64,000 nt of DNA, from contig CP107216.1 of the NCBI GenBank assembly GCA_025757645.1, positions 1,215,080 through 1,279,079 of the forward strand, in the 5' to 3' direction. Below are positions 9,695 through 16,807 of this stretch, in pieces. The position numbers and the translations under genes are program-made. The notes beneath the pieces were generated by a model, which saw nothing but the letters and a program-made list of their open reading frames with translations, was not told where the DNA came from and ran no database searches. Origin of the DNA: Clostridiales bacterium. Lineage in GTDB: Bacteria > Bacillota > Clostridia > Oscillospirales > Oscillospiraceae. Numbering within the stretch: position 1 is the stretch's first letter; the number at the start of each line of letters is the position of its first letter.

Positions 9695-9721
9695 TTAGCA
9701 CTCGAATCAAAAGAGTGCTAA
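9695..9721 (+). promoter_or_regulatory. CIRCE element (HrcA operator)
   Basis: Perfect match to TTAGCACTC-N9-GAGTGCTAA, 138 nt upstream of the hsp20 ATG. The extended inverted repeat AACGTTAGCACTC/GAGTGCTAACGTT plus TACTTTTTG can also terminate rlmA-like transcripts. Confidence 0.85.
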
Positions 9722-9858
9722 CGTTTACTTTTTGTTCATGATATATACTTTATTTATTCATAATTGTATAGTAATTTATATATCGTAAAGAGCGAGAGAA
9801 ATAAATCGAACGCTCGAGAAAATGATTACCGTGTATAGAATTCTAGGAGGAATATAAA

Positions 9859-10293
9859 ATGTTCGAAATCATGCCTTTTGACCGCAGAAGCTATCGTATG
9901 AGCTACAATCCGTTCCGCGAGCTGGAACAGATGGAGAAGAATTTCTGGGGTGACCAGCAGGTCAATCCGTTCCGCACCGACATTTCCGAGACGGCGGACG
10001 GCTATAAGCTTGAAGCCGACCTGCCGGGCTTCCGCAAGGAAGACATCCACATCGATATCGACGATGACATTCTGTCCATCCATGCCGAGCACAAGGACAG
10101 CAAGGGCGAAAAGGACGACAAGGGCGATTACATTCGCCGCGAGCGTTACTACGGTTCTTACTCCAGAAGTTTCAACGTGTCCGAGATCGACGTCGAGGGC
10201 ATCAAGGCCGCCTATGAAAACGGAGTCCTGACGCTGACCATGCCCAAGAAGGCCCCGGCAAAGCCGGAGTCCAAGCACCTCGAGATCGAGTGA
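9859..10293 (+). CDS. Hsp20/alpha-crystallin family small heat-shock protein
   Basis: Alpha-crystallin domain (DISETADGYKLEADLPGFRKEDIHIDIDDDILSI...GVLTLTMPK). SD AGGAGG is present. A CIRCE operator lies upstream. Confidence 0.9.
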   Translation: MFEIMPFDRRSYRMSYNPFRELEQMEKNFWGDQQVNPFRTDISETADGYKLEADLPGFRKEDIHIDIDDDILSIHAEHKDSKGEKDDKGDYIRRERYYGSYSRSFNVSEIDVEGIKAAYENGVLTLTMPKKAPAKPESKHLEIE

Positions 10294-10355
10294 TCGAGGG
10301 CCAAAATCGTTAAATCCTTTCATCTCTCATTTTCCTTTCATCCCCCTATCGAAAA

Positions 10356-10386
10356 GGCGTCCGGTGTCCGGCCGGGCGCCTTTTTC
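10356..10386 (+). terminator. Terminator after hsp20
   Basis: GGCGTCCGG-tgtccgg-CCGGGCGCC plus TTTTTC. Confidence 0.65.
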
Positions 10387-10400
10387 ATGCCCGGCCGGAC

Positions 10401-10428
10401 TTGACAGGGCGGGGGAGCGCTGTATAAT
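10401..10428 (+). promoter_or_regulatory. Putative promoter of the DMT transporter gene
   Basis: TTGACA-16-TATAAT. Confidence 0.55.
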
Positions 10429-10460
10429 AGGGTGACTTTGTCGGAATCGAGAGAACCGTT

Positions 10461-11339
10461 ATGCAAAAACTCAGTCAAAAAACACAGGGCATCGTCTATG
10501 TCCTCATTGCGGCGTTCGGCTTTTCGCTCATGTCCATGTTCATAAAGCTGGCGGGCGATCTGCCGTCGTTTGAAAAGGCATTTTTCCGCAACTTTGTCGC
10601 GCTCATTTTTATCACCATCCTCATGCTGCGCAGCCGCACATCGTTCCGGCCGGAGCGGCGCAATCTCCCGGCGCTGTTCGGCCGGTGCTTTTTCGGTACG
10701 CTGGGCCTGCTGTGCAATTTCTATGCCATCGGCAAGCTGAACCTGCCGGACGCGAACATGCTCAACAAGCTCTCGCCGTTTTTCGCCATCCTGTTTTCGA
10801 TCTTCCTGCTGCGCGAAAAGCCGAACCTTGTGCAGGTCCTTGGTGTGCTGGTCGCCTTCGGCGGCAGCGTGTGCATCATCAAGCCGAGCTTCGCTAATCC
10901 CCAGATGCTCCCGGCGCTGGCCGGCGTGCTCGGCGGGTTGGGCGCGGGCGCTGCGTATACGTTCGTGCGTTATCTCGGCGCGCGCGGGGAAAACGGCAGC
11001 CGGATCGTGTTTTACTTCTCGGCGTTTTCGTGCATCGTGTGCGTGCCGTTCGTGGCGCTGGATTATGCGCCGATGAGCCTGCTCCAGCTCGTGTATCTGC
11101 TGCTGGCGGGCGCGTTCGCGTGCGTCGGGCAGCTCGGCATCACGAAAGCCTATGTCTGCGCGCCGGCCAGGGAGATCTCGGTGTATGACTATACGCAGGT
11201 GCTCTTTGCCGCGGCGCTGGGCTTTTTCGTCTTTGGTGATGTACCGGACTGGCTCAGCGTCTTGGGCTATGTGCTCATCTGCGGCGCGGGCGTCGGCATG
11301 TTTCTCTATAACCGGCGGCACGACGCTGCCCATCCCTGA
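10461..11339 (+). CDS. DMT superfamily (EamA-like) transporter
   Basis: About 10 TM segments with a duplicated EamA-type pattern. Confidence 0.75.
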   Translation: MQKLSQKTQGIVYVLIAAFGFSLMSMFIKLAGDLPSFEKAFFRNFVALIFITILMLRSRTSFRPERRNLPALFGRCFFGTLGLLCNFYAIGKLNLPDANMLNKLSPFFAILFSIFLLREKPNLVQVLGVLVAFGGSVCIIKPSFANPQMLPALAGVLGGLGAGAAYTFVRYLGARGENGSRIVFYFSAFSCIVCVPFVALDYAPMSLLQLVYLLLAGAFACVGQLGITKAYVCAPAREISVYDYTQVLFAAALGFFVFGDVPDWLSVLGYVLICGAGVGMFLYNRRHDAAHP

Positions 11340-11352
11340 AAAAATCGGTTGA

Positions 11353-11387
11353 CGCCGGATGTATGGGCATCCGGCGCCAACTTTTTT
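11353..11387 (+). terminator. Terminator after the DMT transporter gene
   Basis: CGCCGGATG-tatggg-CATCCGGCG, with a T6 run 5 nt downstream. Confidence 0.5.
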
Positions 11388-11441
11388 GCGTTTTTCATCA
11401 CGGCGTGGAAAAGTGTTGAGCAACGCATCCCCCCTGGGAGC

Positions 11442-11471
11442 TTGTGCAGGAAGCGACTGGTGCGTTATAAT
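11442..11471 (+). promoter_or_regulatory. Putative promoter of cbiMQO
   Basis: TTGTGC-18-TATAAT, about 30 nt before the cbiM start. The leader is too short for a riboswitch. Confidence 0.5.
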
Positions 11472-11509
11472 CTTGTCATAAGAAACGAAGGGAAAGGGCG
11501 GTGCATCCT

Positions 11510-12589
11510 ATGCATATGGCAGATGCGTTGCTCACGCCGGCGGTCGCCGGTGTGATGTACGCCGCTTCTGCGGTCGTTGCGGGGGCCTCGATCGTGGAGC
11601 TGCACAAGGAAGAAAAGCAGGATCTGACCTCAGCGGCCAAAAAGTTGCCGACCATGGCCGTCATGTCGGCGCTCGTGTTCGCGGGGCAGATGATCAACTA
11701 CACCATCCCCGGCACCGGCTCGTCCGGCCATCTGTGCGGCGGCCTGCTGCTCACGTCCGTACTCGGGCCGTGGGCGGGATTTTTGTCCATGATCGTGATC
11801 CTCACGATCCAGTGCCTGTTCTTTGCCGACGGCGGTCTGCTGGCGCTGGGCGCAAACGTCTGGAACATGGCGTTTTACGGCTGCTTCGTCGGATATTTTC
11901 TCATTTACCGGCCGCTGATGCGCAGCCGCTGCTTTGCGCGGCGCGGCGAGCGGGCGGCGAACCGCCTCAAGATCACGCTTGCGTCCGTGCTCGGCTGCGT
12001 GCTGACGCTGCAGCTCGGCGCGTTCTCGGTCGTGCTGGAGACGACGCTCTCCGGCATCACGGATCTGCCGTTCGGCGCGTTCTGCGCCATCATGCAGCCG
12101 ATCCATCTGGCCATCGGCCTGATCGAGGGCCTCATCACGGCGGCGGTGCTGCTGTTCCTCTATGAGGCGCGGCCGGAGCTGCTGCGCGATGTGCGCATGA
12201 GCGGCGAAACCACCGGCAAGGCCTCGTTCAAGGGCACGATCGCGGTCATCGCCATCGCGGCGGTGCTCGTCGGCGGCGGCTTGTCGCTGTTGGCCAGCGG
12301 CAACCCCGACGGGCTGGAGTGGTCGCTGTTCGGCAACAGCGACGCCGGCTACACGCAGAACATGGGCCTCGACGAGGACAGCTACGGCGTGCAGAGTAGC
12401 GCGGCCGACAAGGCCGGCACCGTGCAGGAAAAGACGGCGTTCCTGCCGGACTATTCCTTCGCCGGGAGCGATTCCGCGGCGGGCACGTCCGTGTCCGGCA
12501 TCGCGGGCGCTGCCATCGTGGCGGCGGCAGCGGCGCTTATCTGCGGTGTCGGCGGCATCTGCCGGCATAAGAAAAACCATTCGCAATAA
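11510..12589 (+). CDS. cbiM: ECF transporter S/permease component CbiM/NikM with a C-terminal extra TM and PDGLE domain
   Basis: Start chosen at MHMADALL, matching the metal-binding N-terminal Met-His of CbiM/NikM. CbiM-like TM core is present. The tail contains NPDGLEWSLF (PDGLE motif). Confidence 0.8.
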   Translation: MHMADALLTPAVAGVMYAASAVVAGASIVELHKEEKQDLTSAAKKLPTMAVMSALVFAGQMINYTIPGTGSSGHLCGGLLLTSVLGPWAGFLSMIVILTIQCLFFADGGLLALGANVWNMAFYGCFVGYFLIYRPLMRSRCFARRGERAANRLKITLASVLGCVLTLQLGAFSVVLETTLSGITDLPFGAFCAIMQPIHLAIGLIEGLITAAVLLFLYEARPELLRDVRMSGETTGKASFKGTIAVIAIAAVLVGGGLSLLASGNPDGLEWSLFGNSDAGYTQNMGLDEDSYGVQSSAADKAGTVQEKTAFLPDYSFAGSDSAAGTSVSGIAGAAIVAAAAALICGVGGICRHKKNHSQ

Positions 12590-12692
12590 TCAATAATCTC
12601 GATACCAGGCATCCAAATACGACCCATGCGGCAAGCTCCTCTCGGGGCTTGCCGCAATGGGCGTTTTTGTACAAACGGGGAGGTGAGCACAC

Positions 12693-13493
12693 ATGAACAA
12701 AGCGCAGCAAGCGAGCGTCGAGCTGCGGGCCATGGACGAGCTGGCGGCGCAGGATTCGCCGATGCACCGGCTCAGCCCGCTGTCCAAGCTCTTTGTGACC
12801 GTGCTCTACATCGTCGTGACGGTCTCGTTTCACAAGTACGATATCTCGGGCGTGTTCGTCATGGTGCTCTTTCCGCTCGTCGGTTATCAGGTCGGCATGA
12901 TCCCGGTACATACGTGCTTTCACAAGCTGCGCGTGGTCATGCCGCTCGTGTGCGCGGTGGGGCTGTTCAACCCCTTCTTTGACAAGCGGATCGTGCTGTA
13001 CATCGGCGCGGTCGGCGTCAGCGGCGGTGTGATCTCCATGCTGACGCTGATGATGAAGGGCATCTTCTGTCTCATGGCGTCGTTCCTGCTCGCGGCGACG
13101 ACGAGCATCGAGGATATCTGCCGCGCGCTGCGGCAGCTGCACGTGCCGAAGGTGCTCACGTCGCTGCTGCTGCTCACATTCCGGTATATCTCCGTGCTGC
13201 TCGACGAGGCGGCCATCATGACGGATGCCTACCGTCTGCGTGCGCCGGGGCAGAAGGGCGTGCATATCTCGGCCTGGGGATCGTTTCTGGGCCAGTTGCT
13301 GCTGCGCAGCATGGACCGCGCGACCGCGCTCTATGAGAGCATGGAGCTGCGCGGCTATCACGGGGAGTTTCATTACGCGCAGGGCCGGCCGTCGAGTCGG
13401 GCCTCGTGGCCGTTTGCCATTGGGTGTGCGGCGCTGATCGTGCTGGCGCGGCTGTACAATCTGCCGGCGCTGCTGGGCGGACTTTTTGCCTGA
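12693..13493 (+). CDS. cbiQ: ECF transporter transmembrane component CbiQ/EcfT
   Basis: TM protein located between cbiM and cbiO. It carries the CbiQ-type conserved region AYRLRAPG...LYESMELRGY. Confidence 0.8.
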   Translation: MNKAQQASVELRAMDELAAQDSPMHRLSPLSKLFVTVLYIVVTVSFHKYDISGVFVMVLFPLVGYQVGMIPVHTCFHKLRVVMPLVCAVGLFNPFFDKRIVLYIGAVGVSGGVISMLTLMMKGIFCLMASFLLAATTSIEDICRALRQLHVPKVLTSLLLLTFRYISVLLDEAAIMTDAYRLRAPGQKGVHISAWGSFLGQLLLRSMDRATALYESMELRGYHGEFHYAQGRPSSRASWPFAIGCAALIVLARLYNLPALLGGLFA

Positions 13494-13505
13494 GGAGGGG
13501 CGCAT

Positions 13506-14246
13506 ATGCTGTGTTTTGACCATGTTTCGTTTGCCTATCCGGGTGAGCGCACGATCTTAAATGACCTGTCGTTTTCCGTTTCCGAGGGCGAGCAGGTCGG
13601 CCTGATCGGCGCCAACGGCGCGGGCAAGTCCACGCTCATGAAGGCGGCGCTGGGGCTCATCACCGTCTCCGGTACGATCACGATCGACGGTCTGGAGATG
13701 AACCGTGACAACCTCGCGGACATCCGCCGGCGGCTGGGCTATGTCCTGCAGGACTCAGACAACCAGATGTTCATGCCGACGGTGTTTGAGGATATGCTCT
13801 TCGGCCCGCTCAATTACGGCATGCCCCGCCCGGAGGCGGAGGCACTTGTGGATCAAACGCTCGCAGAGCTGAACCTTACGCACCTGAAAAACCGCCGCAA
13901 CCACAAGCTCTCCGGCGGCGAAAAGCGCATGGCCGCCATTGCGACCATCCTCGCCATGCAGCCGAAGATCATGCTCATGGACGAGCCGTCCACGGCGCTT
14001 GACCCGAAAAACCGCCGCACGCTCATCCGCACGCTCAATGCGCTGCCGGTGACGAAGATCATCGCAACGCACGATCTCGACCTCGTGCTCGAGACGTGCG
14101 ACCGCGTCCTGCTGCTGCACGACGGGCAGATCGCGGCCGATGGGCCGGCGGGGGAGATCCTGCGCGACCGGGCGCTGCTTGAGCGGCACTCGCTGGAACT
14201 GCCGTTTTGCCTTGCCGGTGTGCCGGAGCGGGCAAAAGAATCGTGA
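13506..14246 (+). CDS. cbiO: ECF transporter ATP-binding protein CbiO
   Basis: Walker A GANGAGKST, signature LSGGEKRM, Walker B LMDEPSTALD. Confidence 0.85.
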   Translation: MLCFDHVSFAYPGERTILNDLSFSVSEGEQVGLIGANGAGKSTLMKAALGLITVSGTITIDGLEMNRDNLADIRRRLGYVLQDSDNQMFMPTVFEDMLFGPLNYGMPRPEAEALVDQTLAELNLTHLKNRRNHKLSGGEKRMAAIATILAMQPKIMLMDEPSTALDPKNRRTLIRTLNALPVTKIIATHDLDLVLETCDRVLLLHDGQIAADGPAGEILRDRALLERHSLELPFCLAGVPERAKES

Positions 14247-14256
14247 AAAACGGCGC

Positions 14257-14285
14257 TTGAAGCCGTGGGCGCTGTCTGCTATAAT
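14257..14285 (+). promoter_or_regulatory. Putative promoter of the second DMT transporter gene
   Basis: TTGAAG-17-TATAAT with TGc (extended -10). Confidence 0.55.
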
Positions 14286-14314
14286 AGCGCGTATTCCGGT
14301 GGAGAGCGAGGTCG

Positions 14315-15238
14315 ATGTTTGCAATGAGCCGACAGCTCAAAGGTGCGCTAATGGCGGCGGGCGGCGGTGTGTGCTGGGGCATTTCCGGCACGATGGGGCA
14401 GTATCTGTTTACGCACGAGGCCATGCAGACCACGTGGCTGATCCCGATCCGTCTGAGCCTGGCGGGCCTGATTTTGTTTGTCTACTGGCTGGTGAAGGAC
14501 CGGCGGCTGCTGTTCGCCCCGTGGCGGCAGCGGGATAGCGCGGTGATGCTCGTGCTCTATGGCATTTTCGGCATCAGCCTGAGCCAGTTTCTTTATTTTC
14601 TGACCATTCAGTTTTCCAACGCGGCCATCGGCACGATCATGCAGGATCTGTCGCCGGTGATGGTGCTGCTGGTCGCCTGCGCGACTGCGCACAGAAAGCC
14701 GCGCGCGTATGAGATCGTGAGCATCGTGCTGGCGCTGCTCGGCGTGATTTTGCTGACCACGCACGGCGACCTGACGACGTTTGCCGTGTCGCCAGTGGCG
14801 CTGGTCGCGGGTGTTGCGTGCGCGGTGTGCGTGACGGTGTATAACTGCCTCTGTCCGCGCCGGGAGCTGCACGATTATCCGGTCAGTCTGCTGCAGGCGT
14901 GGGCGTTTTTGATGGGGGCTGTGCTCTTCGAGCTGTCCATGCACCCGTGGACACTCGGCTATACGCCGTCACTGCGCGGTGTCGGCGGCATTTTGTTCGT
15001 GGTGCTCTTCGGCAACCTGCTGGCCTTCAACCTGTATATGACGGGCGTGAAGCTCATCGGCCCGGAAAAGAGCGTGCTCTACGGCTTTGCCGAGCCGGTC
15101 ACGGCGGCCATTCTGGCCGTGACGCTGCTGGATACGCCGTTCACGGTCTGGGATGCGCTGGGCTTTGCCGCCGTGTTTGCCATGCTGGCGGTGCTGTCCG
15201 TCGGCGGAAAGAAATATGCCGAGCGGCTGGAAGTGTAA
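14315..15238 (+). CDS. DMT superfamily (EamA-like) transporter
   Basis: Ten predicted TM segments with two EamA-like halves. Confidence 0.75.
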   Translation: MFAMSRQLKGALMAAGGGVCWGISGTMGQYLFTHEAMQTTWLIPIRLSLAGLILFVYWLVKDRRLLFAPWRQRDSAVMLVLYGIFGISLSQFLYFLTIQFSNAAIGTIMQDLSPVMVLLVACATAHRKPRAYEIVSIVLALLGVILLTTHGDLTTFAVSPVALVAGVACAVCVTVYNCLCPRRELHDYPVSLLQAWAFLMGAVLFELSMHPWTLGYTPSLRGVGGILFVVLFGNLLAFNLYMTGVKLIGPEKSVLYGFAEPVTAAILAVTLLDTPFTVWDALGFAAVFAMLAVLSVGGKKYAERLEV

Positions 15239-15243
15239 AATTT

Positions 15244-15296
15244 AAAAAGAAAAACGGAGCAGATACGGGGGGATGTATCTGCTCCGTTCCTGTTTA
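15244..15296. terminator. Shared stem-loop: terminator of the candidate sRNA (-) and of the DMT gene (+)
   Basis: 13-bp stem ACGGAGCAGATAC/GTATCTGCTCCGT. The long T-run lies on the minus-strand side only. Confidence 0.7.
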
Positions 15297-15372
15297 TGAG
15301 GGATGGTCATTCCTCTCATAACGGTTGTCCCACGCGGTGTACCCCACAGCACCGGATGTACCTACGTAGTAC
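15245..15372 (-). ncRNA. Candidate small RNA (~125 nt) bounded by a strong promoter and an intrinsic terminator
   Basis: A promoter lies at 15379-15407 (-). Internal hairpins are present (GUAC-UACGUAG-GUAC; CGGUG...CACCG; UAUGAGAGGA...UCCCUCAUA). The terminator is ACGGAGCAGAUAC-AUCCCCCC-GUAUCUGCUCCGU plus UUUUUCUUUUU. No SD-preceded ORF and no downstream gene exist on this strand. Confidence 0.4.
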
Positions 15373-15378
15373 AGGTTC

Positions 15379-15407
15379 ATTATTTCACAGAAAACTTGCC
15401 GTGTCAA
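15379..15407 (-). promoter_or_regulatory. Sigma-A type promoter of the candidate sRNA
   Basis: On the minus strand: TTGACA-17 nt-AATAAT, with TG at -15/-14 (extended -10). Confidence 0.5.
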
Positions 15408-15487
15408 CAAAAAACTGTTGCCTTTTCACGCTTTTCTGTCACAAAAAGCGCTAAGAAACTGCGCGTTTCTGTACAGGCCGTCCGGCA

Positions 15488-15516
15488 GACGCAGCATCCT
15501 CCTGCGTCCCTTTTTT
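15488..15516 (+). terminator. Orphan plus-strand terminator-like hairpin downstream of the minus-strand Hcy-methyltransferase gene
   Basis: GACGCAG-catcctc-CTGCGTC-CC-TTTTTT. The T-run is on the plus strand although no plus-strand gene precedes it. Confidence 0.45.
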
Positions 15517-15568
15517 ACCCTGAGGGCGTGTGGTCGCTGCGAAATTTACCACCTCGGGCGGCGACTGT

Positions 15569-16792
15569 TCAAATCAACAGGCCGTACCGGCCGCACAGCG
15601 GCAGCAGCGCCGACTCCGGGAGCGCGCCCTCATACAGCGCGCGGCCCTGATAGGCGCGCAGTGCGGCCTCAAGCAGCTCCGCGTCGTCGCAGACGAGGCA
15701 CAGCGGCTTGCTCAGCAGATACTGCACGTCGGTCAGTGCGTCGATGTCCTCCCAGGCAGCGACGCGCAGCGCAACCATGGGCTCGCTGCCGTCGAGCGCA
15801 TCCGCCAGCCGGTCTTCGAGATCCGGCCCGGCGGTCAGCACAGGGCCGTGCCCGGCGTCCGTCGGCAGGTAGCAGGGGAGCTTCTCCGTCGCGGCCGGGA
15901 GCAGGTCCGTGTGCTTCGGTGCGGGCGGGACGAATTTCGCGTCCTTGAGGGCCGCGTGCAGCGCGGCGATATGCTCCGCCGTCGTGCCGCAGCAGCCGCC
16001 GAAAACGGCCACGCCGGCTTCCAGCATCGGCTGCACGAACGCCGTGAATTCCTCCGGCGTGCAGTCATATACGGTCTTGCCGCCGACGGTGATGGGCATA
16101 CCGGCGTTGGGCTTTGCGATCAGCGGCACGCGGGCGTATTCCCGCAGGCGGCGCAGCTGCACGAGCATCTGTTCCGGCCCGGTCGAGCAGTTGAGCCCGA
16201 ACGCGCTGATGCCCATGCCCTGCAGCACGGTCAGCGCGGCGGTCACGTCCGTGCCCGAGAGGCTGCGTCCGCTCTCGTCGCACGTGAAGGACACGAAGAT
16301 CGGCTTGTCGCTCACGCTGCGCACGGCCAGCACGGCGGCGCGTGCGTCCGAGAGCGTCATCATCGTCTCGATGACATACAGATCGACGCCGGCCGCTTCG
16401 AGTCCGGCCGCCTGCTCGGTGTAGATATCGACCAGATCCTCGAACGATGCCTCGCCGAGCGGGGCGAGAAACAGGCCCGTCGGCGCGAGATCGCCCGCGA
16501 TCCATGCCTTGCCGCCCGCCGCTTCGCGCGAGAGCGCGGCGAGGCGGCGGTTGTAGTCCGCCGTCTGGTTGAAGATGCTGCGCTCCTCGAGCTTCTGCCG
16601 GTTTGCGCCGAAGGTCGGCGTGTAGAGCACCTGGCTGCCGGCGGCAACGTAGCCGCGCTGGATGCCCACAATGACGTCCGGGTGCTCGAGCGTCCACTGC
16701 TCGGCGCTCACATCACCGCCGTAGCCGCGCTTTTGCAGTTCGGTGCCGGTCGCACCGTCGAGGATGAGGGGAAAACGGATCTCCATGGTCAT
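15569..16792 (-). CDS. Homocysteine S-methyltransferase domain protein (MetH Hcy-domain-like) with a ~110-aa C-terminal extension
   Basis: LILDGATGTELQ, GLNCSTGP and FGGCCGTTAEHI match the Hcy-binding barrel and its Zn-ligand cysteines. SD GGAGG is present. Confidence 0.8.
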   Translation of the reverse strand: MTMEIRFPLILDGATGTELQKRGYGGDVSAEQWTLEHPDVIVGIQRGYVAAGSQVLYTPTFGANRQKLEERSIFNQTADYNRRLAALSREAAGGKAWIAGDLAPTGLFLAPLGEASFEDLVDIYTEQAAGLEAAGVDLYVIETMMTLSDARAAVLAVRSVSDKPIFVSFTCDESGRSLSGTDVTAALTVLQGMGISAFGLNCSTGPEQMLVQLRRLREYARVPLIAKPNAGMPITVGGKTVYDCTPEEFTAFVQPMLEAGVAVFGGCCGTTAEHIAALHAALKDAKFVPPAPKHTDLLPAATEKLPCYLPTDAGHGPVLTAGPDLEDRLADALDGSEPMVALRVAAWEDIDALTDVQYLLSKPLCLVCDDAELLEAALRAYQGRALYEGALPESALLPLCGRYGLLI

Positions 16793-16807
16793 GACCTCCG
16801 TGAAATG

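Noticed and set aside
11340-11509. Possible cobalamin or NiCo riboswitch upstream of cbiM
   Set aside because: The segment is fully accounted for by a terminator (11353-11387) and a promoter only ~30 nt from the start codon. No B12-box-like or NiCo-like conserved core was seen.
15303-15650. 115-aa plus-strand ORF across the candidate sRNA region
   Set aside because: It has no SD, crosses two terminator hairpins and runs into the 3' end of a convergent gene. It is not coding.
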